NCBI RefSeq assembly: GCF_000150275.1
Contig: NW_002060944.1
Span: forward strand, 375,614-439,613
DNA from: Trichoplax adhaerens
Taxonomy: Eukaryota > Animalia > Placozoa
Reading direction: 5' to 3'
Length of the DNA: 64,000 bases
Position numbers and translations under genes: made by a program. Below the pieces are notes generated by a model that was not told the DNA's origin, searched no databases, and saw only the letters and a list, made by a program, of their open reading frames with translations. Of the stretch, positions 1-13,000 are shown one piece after another. The first letter of the stretch is position 1. Every line of letters begins with the position of its first letter.

Positions 1-674
1 TATATGAATAACTAAATATACTGAATTTAATTCAATAGGGAAAATTAATAAAATACAGAAATAGAAATTATAATTAATTACAATTCGCACCTTATGTGCA
101 CGTATAAAACAATTAATTGAGGACAAAAAAATTGCGCAGGTGCAAATCCTAAGATCAATAGATACTACTCTGCACCAGGACAGGATTAAAATTATATTAG
201 AATCTAGTAAATATTGCTTGCTTTTAATTCAACTTACAATTGGACAAGAAACATATCTTATTCAGAACTCTCAACATTAGATGCAAGAAAGTTTATTGAT
301 TGTAGATGAAAAGTACGATGTCAGGGACTAGCATAGTCTTTAGATATAAGTAATAATTTATTATATTGTAAAAATCAATAATAATATATTATTTTTATTG
401 ATATTAAAAAAATTTAGTGTTCGTGCGTGAATGATATACTGTCTGTATGGCAAAGTTCTTTCAATGGTCTTTTGTGCATTGGCGCTATTTCTATACGAAC
501 TAGCTTTCATTGATTAGTTTTTTCTGTAACATGGTGCTATTTTTGTTTCTTAATTGACTTAGTATTTAATATTGGTACAAATACGAAAGACCACCAGTTG
601 AAATCGCTCATTAAAAGCACTCAATCAAAGTCAGTTTCACCTGTAGGTTCCAATCATCATTGATTTGATTCCAG

Positions 675-1089
675 ATGCCTCTTGAAGCTCATCTTCATCG
701 AATTGTTTTAAAATATAAAGCTGAATTATTGGACTATTTACCAGGCCGGATATTCTATTCGTGCTTACAACATAAAGATCCAGTATTAAGCTACTTGTGG
801 ATTGAAATTGATCGATCAAAAAGCAATGCCGACACTGGAAAGTCCGCTATAACACAAAATAAAAAAATTCTCGATTCTATTTACAATCAGACTCTAAGTG
901 TTAACGAAATATTAATTAACAAATTGCTCGATGGAACTGAGGATCATTTTGTTCTATTCTATAAAACTTTGCAAGTACAAAATCATTCTATGTTAATCGC
1001 TCTTGGAGAGAAGTTAGAAGCCGAAGCAAAATCTTATTCAACCAAAATTGCTGGCATAATGAACAATCACATTGTTCCAACAAAGCAAG
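675..1089 (+). CDS. First coding exon, CARD-like death-fold domain
   Basis: LHRIVLKYKAELLDYL...NEILINKLLDGTEDHFVLFYKTLQVQNHSMLIALGEKL aligns by eye with the Apaf-1 CARD as I recall it (ARNCLLQHREALEKDI...AAMLIKMILKKDNDSYVSFYNALLHEGYKDLAALL). The ATG directly follows an acceptor (ttccag|ATG). Donor after 1089. Confidence 0.6.
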
Positions 1090-4000
1090 GTAAAACGCGT
1101 ATCTATAAAATGATTTTAAAACCAATTTTCTTATTAGATAGGTCTCAAATCATTTGCCTTATGATTCTGTGAAATAGTTGCTTATTAGAATGATAATTAA
1201 TCAAGAAATATTCAGAGTTAGCTTTACAGAATCATTTAAATTAATATTATAATTAAGGGTTGGTGATTCATGCACACGGTTGATATTTTCTCACAATTTC
1301 AGTTCTGAAAATAAAGTAGTTATGGTATCTGATCACAAGACCAACTATTGAGACTAGAGTCTTTGTCTTATTGTATTTCCCTCAATTTCCGCTGTAAATA
1401 TTTTTATTGAATTTAATATAAAAAAATTAGGGGAATTGTATGATCATTTTTATTTACTAAGGTAAGGTGCTTTATTGAATGCAAAAATATCGATCTAAAT
1501 TATACTCCTGTTACATTAGTCAGGCGATATGACTTAGAAATAGCTTCTTTATATTAGAGTTTTTACTTATATGTATTCTAGAAAATCTGTCCATTCAAAT
1601 TAAAATTGGGATTTGAAGGTTATGATTGCTATCACTCAATACTATTGAAATCCGTTAGCCTATGACAAGAATGAGTTATTTTCTTGCGATTATAGTTTAA
1701 AAAAGTCATTACTTAATCTGATTAAAGATGTGTTTATCTGCAGACAAATTTACGGCACAAAAATCTACATGATTACATGGAAACACTACTCTTATTCGTT
1801 TCGTATCAAATTTTAATGATGGTTATTGTAGTTTAATAGTTTAAATTTGCGTGATTTCTCATTTTTTAAATATTCCAAATTTATGCATCTCAGAAATTGA
1901 TAATATTTATCTGCCGTTACTTTAGACGTTACATCTGCTGTGTTCCTGCTATATTTAGTAGTTTGATATAGAATGTTGGTATTATTAGATAAATTAAATA
2001 CTGTGCACCCATACCGTACGAAAAAAGCTTTTTTCGAACATCAATTTTATATGCAACTTTGGAATTTGCAAGAGTAGAACAATGTTAATACAAGCTGTAT
2101 AAAAGTAGCTTTTTTGCAACATAGTAAGATATTTATTATTTGCTATTACAACTACAAGATGAATAATAATTGTTGCTCTGAAAATATCAGAACTATATTC
2201 ACTTAGTTACAGATCTAGAATTCGCTTGCATTCGCAACATAATTGTTACGATAAATTATTAAAAATGTTTACGCCGTCAATATCAATTTCTAGTTTTTCT
2301 AAAAGTGATATGATGCAAAACGGATGATAGCGTGATACATTGCGGTGCACACTTGATGCTATTGTGGGGAGAAGGGTTAACCCTTCAAACGCATCAGGTG
2401 CATATATTAAATTAAATTGATTAAGTTTAAAATAAATAATGATCAAGCGAGATTACGTGTTTATCGGCATTTGCAGTAAAACTGCCGAACATTCTTGCGA
2501 TCGTTTTTTCTTTATTACGTATCGGAGTGAATTTTTACTGTATTCCATGATTTATAAACCAATATCTGATCAATTAGTTATCTTCTCTCGGTTGAAATGG
2601 CTTTCATAATGCTGTTCCGATCTAATATTAGAAAGCTACTATTTTCATAATAAATGCTAAGGTTATAATCTGTTTCTTGTTAATAGTTATTATTAAGAAT
2701 CTTTGAAATATTCATTGTTGTTTCTTTCAAAGTTAATCAATGCGGTACGGTAAATTGCTATTTCCATAACAATATCTGAAGCATTTTTTATTTTTCTTTT
2801 AAACATAAATAACATACTATTTAAAAATCGTTTATAGCTAGCAAAATTAAGTTATCTTGCATTGAATCAATATGATAATTCTAATACAATAGCGATAAGA
2901 TTTACTCTGCAGTGTTATAAAATATCAATATATACTGGTAACGAGAGCCCATTAGCCGTATTTAAATTTAAAATTTAATTTATTTTAATTACGACTTTAA
3001 CTTTATAACTACTAACTGCTTCAGTTACAGCTGTTCCAAATGTACTTATATCATATCAAAATTTTGTATACTATACTGGCATAATTCTTCTACTAGTAAC
3101 GTTATAGCTATCAAAGTAGTATCTTTAAAAGTAATAGCACATTATGTCTTCTACATTAATAATTTTAATTAGTAGCATCACTTCATTATCTACACAATTC
3201 TCAAGTGTACTTCCATTTCCGTTACTTATAATTCTTGATTATCTTATGGCAAGTAAAATGAGTACATTCAAATAATATCCAATAATAAGGCAATGATAAT
3301 CTAAGTTAATAATTGATAATGCTCGTACTCCAAATTTTGCTGTAATGCCTTCCAAATAATCCTAATATTAGTATATAGCTCTAGCATATAATTTCTAAAT
3401 CAATTTTCATACTCGTACTGTTAGCGTACTAGCCCAAACCCATGCTTTCAGAATACTTGGGAAATCGCAATAACAACTGCATTACGGTACTCTATTCCTA
3501 CCATTACTGGTGTAATTATAGCATAGAATAGGTTTCTAGATTTTACTGTAATTATTTGGAGGTATCCTTGTAATGTGTTTTATTTGCCTTGAGGTTTTAC
3601 TCCGGCGTAACTCTTCTATGAATTTAGTATTTAAACCATCGATTGACAAATTTTAATGGAAAATTAATTTCTGCAGACACGCATTATCATACTAACTGAA
3701 TTTAATGCTTTAACTATTCAATTTTATTACCTTAATATTGTCAGGATTAATCGTTTCTCTTCCAAATCAAACAGTAAGGAAAATCAAAAATAGTAAATCG
3801 AATGGGCAAACTAAAGCAGCATCGCAAATCATCAAATTAGGTAGTGTTACGAGCACTTGCCCATCCTAATCATTCTTTCAATAACTAAAATTAATTCGTT
3901 TATATAACATCTAATACTTGGTAAATGTAACTCTAATTAGTTTAGTCTTTAACTTGTTTCTTAATAAATATAACATCAAGCTCACGTAAAGAAATATAAC

Positions 4001-7000
4001 TTCTTAAAAATAGTTGTTCAAGACCGCTATACACATACAGCTAAAGGCAAATCAAAACTTAATGTAAAGACGGCAGTGAATGCAGATAGTTATTCGCCTG
4101 CTGCCAAAAGTGAAATTATGGCGGGTTGGTATAATAAAATATCCAAACATATAGATAATTTAATGACACTAATCAATAACTTTCAAGTATCATTTTTTCT
4201 ATCGCCACAGACATCATTACGTTAAGAGTACATTGTGAAATTTTTCATGCCGCAAATAATTGTTCCTCACGAGTTTAAGACGGAAAAATCGGCGTTTTGT
4301 TGGTATTGCAGCAAGGACTTATTTCCTTAAAATCTTTTTCAGGTTTGATGGCAAATAAAGCTTACTCTAAAATTCCTTCCCAAGCTGATAGAAGTAACAA
4401 AATGCAAGGTAGCAATAGGAAGTATATGCCTATGGCAATACCAAGATGTAATGGTAATCTTAAGATAGATTTAGAAGCTGACAGCTTTTCTTCTGAATTA
4501 ACTTATGGTATCCTTAGTATCTAACAAATATCTTTAAAAGTGTATCTTTTTGAATTATATTTTTCAATAATTAGAGATTGATTCGAGTTCAACAAGTAAC
4601 AGAAACTGTGGTTACAATTGCAGAAAATCAATCTCGCCCGGCAGCACTCTAGCTGCAACAGGACCGGATACCGATAGACTTATGTATCACAATCCATCTC
4701 TGAAAGCTCATGATTCTAGGCGCTTAGGCAGATAAAAATTTTAAATGAATTGAAATTCATTTGATTTTTTTGCTGGGTAATATTTAAATTAGCCGATAAC
4801 AATTCATTCTGTTTGATATTAGCGGATGGTAAAGTGATGGAAACGTTCCCTGTTCGTTTTTCTGTCTTGCCTCATAGGCAAGTTAACGGCAGATATCCGA
4901 ATTGCAATCAAAAATTTGTTTTAAGAGATTCAAGATTATTAGGTAAAAGCTACATCGCATTTTAAAGCCAAACATAGCGATGCACCATTTACTTACCTCG
5001 GAGTATTAATTTAGGTTCATATAGTCAAGGGGATAGGAAAGCAGCAACACCGAGGTCCAGTTGCTCCGCCGCTTCTCGAGGTAATACTAGGATGATACAC
5101 TATCCTAGACACGTTAGACCATCAGACTCATCAGGTAAGTTTTAATTGTCAAATATTTATATCAACGCCTTATATAGTTTCATATATGCTAAAACTTGCA
5201 AATTCTATTGCTTTTCTAGCTATATCTCTATCAGCTGATAGAAGGGTCGTGCCAAATCCTAAAAATCTTAATACTACATCCTTGGTGAACAAAGGGTTGA
5301 GTAACAACAATAGACAGTTCGACTTTCCCAAAAAATCTAATACTTCGGGTAGAATCAATTCATCGTTTCAAATGAGCTGTAGAAATCACATATATGTTTA
5401 ATTAAGTATACCTTACGAGCCTCTGTCATGTTAATTATAATTTTTAAAAATCAATCTTAACATCAGATGAAAGAATAAATTATCACAAGCGTGGACTTCA
5501 AAGAGAAATAATGCCTAGAGGTTAATTAATAAACTATTAGCTACAGATTCATAGACGACCGTGATTTTGCTAACCGATATCTGCGCTAATTTCTACTCAC
5601 TGGATGATGCTTTGCTAGATCCAAGGCTAAAAGCCAAGAGCAGTACTTATGCAGACTATAATAGTATTCGTCCTCAAAGTTGTCCGACCAAAATGGTAAC
5701 CAGCTCTGCAAATGTTATGGCTTGTAATAATTTGTCTGTTTCTCAATTAACTACGGAGTTGAAGTCTACAGGTAGGTTTCGCCTCTTTTGCAGAATTTAG
5801 TCGGAACCGCATTGCATCTATTTTGATTTTATCGCATGAATTAAATTAAGAACCTGTAACTAAGCTTATTCTGAATTTTGAATAATTTATAAACACAAAT
5901 TTTAACATACGATAGTAGATGGGCGTAATAGAAGTGAAAGTATAGCTTACCGTAATGTTCGAACACGAAATGTACCTACAGGTAAGACTGAAATTTATAA
6001 AGTAATCCATTTTCTTTATTAACGCAAAAACATGGCTTTGAGGAATTCCTTAGAGATGTCATTAGTTTAATAATTAATAAAATTCTAAAATATTTGATCC
6101 GACAGCATTGTCTTTCGCTAATAAAAACATAATTTTACTGATTATTTTAGATCCTCGCATTGCCTTAGGCTACACATCAAGTAATTCCGTTCATCCCAAA
6201 AATACATCAGACTCTAGTAATCCATTCACTGCCAAAAGCGGTAGTTTGATTATCGGTGTTGTTGAGTTGAGATGTCATTGCTAGAAACTTAAAGTGAATT
6301 AATGAGAGTTCACCTTTTATATTATTTGTCTGAGAATTCTAAATTAAAAAATTGCATCTTTACTGTAATGAATTGTGTATGATTGATTTTATTTACAAGC
6401 TGCAGCAGGCAATAATTCCGCTCATCTTGCTAAAACTACAAATACACAAGTTAGCAATATTCAGCCAACCTCTAGATCGAAGCTATGCAGTAAGATGAAG
6501 CAGCATTATACCTAATTACATTCTCTATCCGTGAACTTGATCTTAAATTTACGTCTGTTGATATTTAAGGCAACGATGAAAAGTATAAATTACCGAATTT
6601 AACTAAGGTACAGTTTGACGCTGCAGTTCATGATGATCAAGTGGGAGATCAGAATCAAGAGCCTAAAAAAGAGATTCCAACTAAACTCTCAGGTAATCAT
6701 TTATTAATAAATGATATTTTTCAGTTAACTATTGTAACTAGTTAATTGAATATGGCATCTCTTCTAGATGAAGAGGACTGTTTATATATAAAGACAGTAA
6801 ATCTGGGAATTAATAATAAAATATTTACTGGCAGTCATCATCAAAGTCATAGCACAAAGCTTCATGAATCGACAGGTAAGCTATTATCAATTGCAAGGAT
6901 CAATTATTTTGATTACAGCTATCAAGGGATTGCAAAAATTAAACGATTAAAGGTATCGTAGACCTCTAATTATACTGTATTTAAAATTTATTCATTTATA

Positions 7001-10000
7001 CCATACTATAATCATAGAAGGAAATATCAAAATATTGTTTTACGTTATTAATAATTAATTGGAAATATTACCAATGCCAATTAATGTAAATGGGTAATTC
7101 AAACTAAAAGTGAACGATAGTAAATCGAAATATACTCTAATCAATAATATTGGATTTAAAATATAATTAAACAGTGAATAGCAGTTGGCTAAATTAGTAC
7201 TAATGTTACCTCGATTTGTGTCCTGAAAAATCAAATTTAATCTTAAGTGTATATCTATCTTTACTGTATTCAGGTTATATGGGTTATCAAAGAGAAGATA
7301 TTAATAATAATAAAACACGCATACCCTTTATTAACGATGAAGACTCCATGAGCTTTAATCGTAACTCTAGTAGTCGACAATATAGGAATGATTTGCGATC
7401 GGCAAGTATAGGTAATGTATGACGCTATAATCACAGTTATGGTATGCTTTCGGTTTGTTATTTAAGCCCATTTGTTTCGATTTGAATTCATATGTAGCAA
7501 AGGCAAACCAAGAATGTAACCAAATCAAAGTCGATGCACTATCTGCTAAATCCTCTGAAAGTAAACTACTTCAACGGCGTTCAGAAATTAGTCCAATTTC
7601 ATATTTAATCATATATCAATAAGATATTTATAACGCTACTTTCCTTCAAATCTTACTTAGCCGATGTGACTCAAGATTGTAACGACAGAGCAGCCAGTAA
7701 GCTATCTTCTGAAAATACGCCAATCTTGGCTGAGAATGATAAAATATCTGATATTCATCATAGTGGTATGACCTGTATGATATTAAATAAAATAGAATTA
7801 GGCGTTACCAAATTTGCTTTTCCTCAATTTCAATCGATAAATAGCGAATGAAACAGATCATGAAAATCGATTAACCTCAGACCAGCAATCATTGAATAGT
7901 AAACTCTCATCGGTGTCGGAAAATAACCAATCAAATCTACAGCTCAGAGGTATAACATAGATTATTATCAATATTGGAGTTCTTAATAAATCATACTGAT
8001 CATTTCAATAATTGATTGTATCACTTTTTCGCTTATTTTCTAATGTACATGTGCTAATTTAGATCTCTGCTTTGCAAAAGCGGAAATATGTAGTGAAATT
8101 ACTAATCCTATCGTATCAGGTAGTAACTTCTCTGAGATCTGAAATTAGAATTATATCCCTTGGCAGTAATGAAAATAGCTCTACAAGATTATTTGATGAT
8201 TGATTACTTTATCGAATCAGATATCGCACTTATTCAACAATTAGGGTTTCACATCATCTTAATTGCCAGTCTAAGAAAATATAAGATTAAATACTAATGC
8301 TTAGTACTGTAAATTAATAAAGCCGGCTAAATATAGTAGTCTATATTTTAAAATGTGTAATACCCTACGGACTGAATTAGGAAGCAACAAATCTGAATTG
8401 AAAATCGATACTTTGGATAATAAGCAGGAAAATAATTCGGGTAAGAATTTATGAATCCTCTAAGAGTAGATCCATTCATTAATTAAGACTCTGCCACAAA
8501 ATGATTTCTAAAGGAGACAAGAATTTACGGAAAAAAGTGATTTTACCACTAAAGCAGCTGCGTTTTGGTGATAAAGGAGATAATTCAAGTCAGTTTCTAA
8601 TTATCTCCTAAGAGCTATACTTTTTTTTGCCTGATTTATGGAACTATGGAGTTTATTTGTATTTCAGTTCACAGCGATTGCCAAATACTCCAAAATGTAG
8701 ACAAGTCTTACAGATCTGAGCATCAGTCTCAAAATTCCTTGTCAATTATCAAATGTTCAGGTAGCTACGATCAAGACTCTACAAATAATGAAGTCGAAAT
8801 ACAGCAAGATAGAGATGACGGAACTTCTTCACTTACTGGTATATTCTTATGTATCAAAATGGATCAGTCCTGCAATTATATAACTGGATGCAATGAAAAC
8901 ATTTATCTTTTCTTAATAGTTCCAAGTTCAAACGACCAGGGTGAAAACATAACTAGTGAGCCATCTCGTCCGGTGTTCGAAAAATCGGAGCTTTCAGATG
9001 CAGCTGCAATAGGTAGATATCGAGTTATTTAATATTTTCGACAAATGTCTACCTTTTACTGATTTATAAAATCACGAATTTACTTGGAATGGAGTCTTGA
9101 CAACGTAGCAAATTCACACACACTGTATAGTACTGTGTTTATGGAATAATGGATTTAGTTGAAATTCCCCCGATAATTTTACATTTCGTTGTAATAACTA
9201 CTATATATCATAGATCAGAAGATTTTTAATGCGAAACAAATTGAAATTGTGTAATTGTAACCTACATGTATGATGTCCTACTCATTTTAAGCAAAAAGCT
9301 AATTAACTTACCGGTAACTTTTAAATAATAATACAGAGGGTATGGAGGAAAAACTTGAAAAGGAGGGCCAAGTATTAGGTAAATAATCGACGAAATTAAT
9401 ACCCTGGTATAATAAAGTCTTATCCGTTCTTTCCTGATTTCCTTGTAATTGGCTATTTTAAACTTTAATAAATCCTTTAGGAATTACGAATACGTCGGAA
9501 AAGTCTGTAATCCTGGAGGATAGGCTAGAAATTTCAGGTAATGCACAGCAGTCGGTAGCATTCGTTTCTTACTGTATATGCTTATTAATTTTTTATTATA
9601 TCGATTAATATAAACAAAAAAATATCAACTACTCTATATTATTAGATAATACTATAATGGATGCAGTTCGGAGTGAAATGGGCAAATCTGATAATTCTTT
9701 CAAGGCTGAAAATAAATTAGGGGTTACAGGTAATGTTTAAGCAATTGCCGGTGCAAATATAACTTTAGTAATTTTGCCATAATTAAGGTATAGAAATTTT
9801 TGTCTATGTGATAGTAGAAAATGAATCTCAAGAATATTTAGCTAGAAAAACTGATATCACAAGCCTTTAGTAAATCTAGTTATCTAATTAATGATTTACA
9901 AAATTGTGCTAGTTACTATCACAATGATTTACGAAATTGTTAATTTCATTAAATTTAAAGTGATTACTAACTAATTTATCGGTTTAATGTTGACAATTAA

Positions 10001-13000
10001 TTTTGAATGTTAGAAGAAGAGAATCATGATCAGCATATAGACAATAAAAAAGTTCAAAGCGAAGGTAATAAGTGAAGAAAATCATGGTAACGAACCGTTG
10101 TTAGACAAAATAAGAGCGGAATATTCTCCTATGATTATATTTATTGATCTAATCCTATTGATTTAACGATGGAATAAGAGTCTGAAGACAGATTCTAGAT
10201 ATTAAAAATATTTAATATCCTAGTGGTAAACTAAATGTTATTGTAATTATTTCATTGAGCCCAACGTAACTTAACGACGATACTTTCATAAATACAGGTA
10301 TAGATCAGATAGAGATGCGAACATCCAACAATTCTTGTGATGCTTATCATGGACCAAACATTACAGGTTATACCCTGATTATTATCGTTTTATTCGCTTT
10401 TGGATAATTTCTTCACTATCAAAATATCTTATGCCTCTTTGAATTATAAAAAATGAATTTCAAGAGTCTGGTCTCAGGGAAAAGAATAACGAAGAATTTA
10501 AATTAACAGATGAATTTGGATGCTCAGGTACAGTACAGTACGATTATATGTACATGAATTCCGAGCATACAACCACTTTTTAACTTAAAATATACTAACG
10601 TTAACATTAAAACAGAAAGTGAAATGGATGTTGTGAATGCAAAGGGTACTCAAAGTAAAGGAATCTCAAAATTGTATGAGATCTTGCTAAATTTCAATTT
10701 AATTTAGCGTTATTACTCTGCTTTATTTCTAGAAATAACGCAAGAGAACAGCCGCGCTGGTAAAATGAACAGATATGTTCTAGGAAAGGGTAAATTAGAT
10801 CAAAAGTGTTTTCTTTCAAAATGAAATCTACTAGTCTCAGTACACCATGCTAAAAGACATCTAGCTTATATTAAAGTTTAAATTACGGGAATTATTTTAC
10901 GGTAATTCTAAGATACGATACCTGATGGTAGTGAAACCAGCAGAAAAGATTTACTTAGCATAAGGCAAGATAACTCAAGGAAAAAGACATATTCTGGTAG
11001 GTCCTATCAGGCATTTCAGAGCAAAACAAAGTGGTATGGTATTACTTTTAATATTTAATTAGAATCTAATATAACTACTGTAGAGCCCTAAAATATAACG
11101 GTATCGCAAAAGATACGATCATGGAAGTTTATAAGCTGTTCGATCTTCAGATTAGGAAATAAGCTTTAGCAACATTATTTACTACTAGGTCTTCAGATTA
11201 GCAAATAAGTTATGGCTACGATAATTACGATTAGATCTTTGAATAAGTAAAAAGTTTTAGCTATATTAGTTGAATTGAAAGCTTTCATTACCATCAGATA
11301 TCAAGTATATCTGAAATCGGGCTCATTGATAATGTAGCCTTCTGCTATAACAATAGTAGGGCATGAAGATCGTATTACCAGTACAATATTAGAAGAGAAA
11401 AGAATAGAAATAGAAACTTCTACCGAAACTGTCATTAATGATATTAAAATTATCAGTAAGTTGTGTTAGAATATACGTTCGCATGCTCAAAGTCAATTAT
11501 AAAACATACTGCTTCTAACAAACTAGAGAAAGAACCTGAAGATTTAAATTCAAAATTTACGAAAAACGAAAGCTTAAGAATAGAATTAAATATAAATAAT
11601 TCTACATCTTCTAGTAAGTCGAAAACAAATATGACTGTAAGCATAACTAAAAATCACAGCATCTTCCTGCCAGCGAATAAAATTTGTATAAATTTATTCT
11701 TAAATATTCTGAATTATTCTTAAAATCAGCTGCGAGTAACGAACTTGAGCTTAAAATTAGCAATAAACCTAAATGGAATGGTAATTAGCTCAAATAATGC
11801 ACAAGTTTGCCCTAAGATTCCGTTGAAAAGAATCACTTCTCATATAATTCTAGATTTTTGTTCAAATAATCAAACCTTTTCCAAATTAGATAAGCATGAA
11901 CGAGATGACATTATTGAATCTGGAAATAACAGTATAATAGGACAGATTTATAATAATATTTCAATTGATGTTAAATATTTGAAGTTAGAATGCTATACCG
12001 TATGCAAAATATTGATATAATTTTAAATAACGGCTTCATATTTTTTATAACCCATAATATCAGAACTAGTGATTAAGTCATTCATCATTTAGCCCGTAGT
12101 GGGTGATGTTACCAAATTTTCATCTTACTTCACGTAGTAGATAAAATTTCTAATGGATCTCTAGCATTTAGCTTGTTTTATCGATTTAATACAGAACAAA
12201 AGTATGCTTCACCAACTGCAAATGCACAAAAATTACCTAAACAAGAAGAAAATTTATACGAAAGACAGAGTGATCGCGATGAATCCCCAATACATCCAAA
12301 TATCGCAAATTCTGGTGAAGTCTTAGAATTTAATGATGTGCATATGCTCAAAAAATTAATTCATATGTTTGTCAACTCTATTTGATATTTAGATATTCAA
12401 TATACCAATATGAAATGTCCTGCATTAGGTAAAAATGAAGCTAATCACGTTATTCGCATAGGTTTTGCTGCAATATATCAGTTCGATAAAACAAATGTTA
12501 ATGAAGAGTAATCGATTTAATAGATACATTTACTGGATGTATTTCGGTAGCAGAAATGTCTAGCAAAGACTGTAACAGCTGCAATATAGGTATAAAAGCT
12601 CTATTTTGAATATTTATTAATTTTAATACATCAATTTGAAACATGAATTAGGCCAGGTCATTAACCTTCTTACAAAATTTCAAATTATCACTGTTTTGCC
12701 TTTTCAATAATTTACTTTATAAATGTTTTTCTCAAGTGCTTCGTTCCAGATCTCTAGTAAGTCGAAATTCTGGAACTTTGGTTGTCATTAAAAAGTCAAG
12801 AAAAATCGCCATAGCTTTAGACAACTCAAGAATGATTATAGGCCTACAAAACTATGGTACGATATACATCTAATTCAATATATTGATCTATAAAGAATAC
12901 TTGGACGTATCTAATGCAAAGTTAGATTAGTTGATAACAGTTTTGTTCATGTGAAAAGTATTTAGTTATAGTGATATAATTAGTGAAATTATCTGTTATT

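Noticed and set aside
813-845. SNADTGKS as a Walker A remnant
   Set aside because: It lacks the leading G/A of [AG]x4GK[ST], lies inside a helical CARD-like exon, and has no matching Walker B.
1090-3744. Hidden NB-ARC exons in the first large intron
   Set aside because: Candidate exon-like segments near 1744 and 2331-2397 contain stops or are out of phase and show no P-loop motifs. A translated HMM search would settle this.
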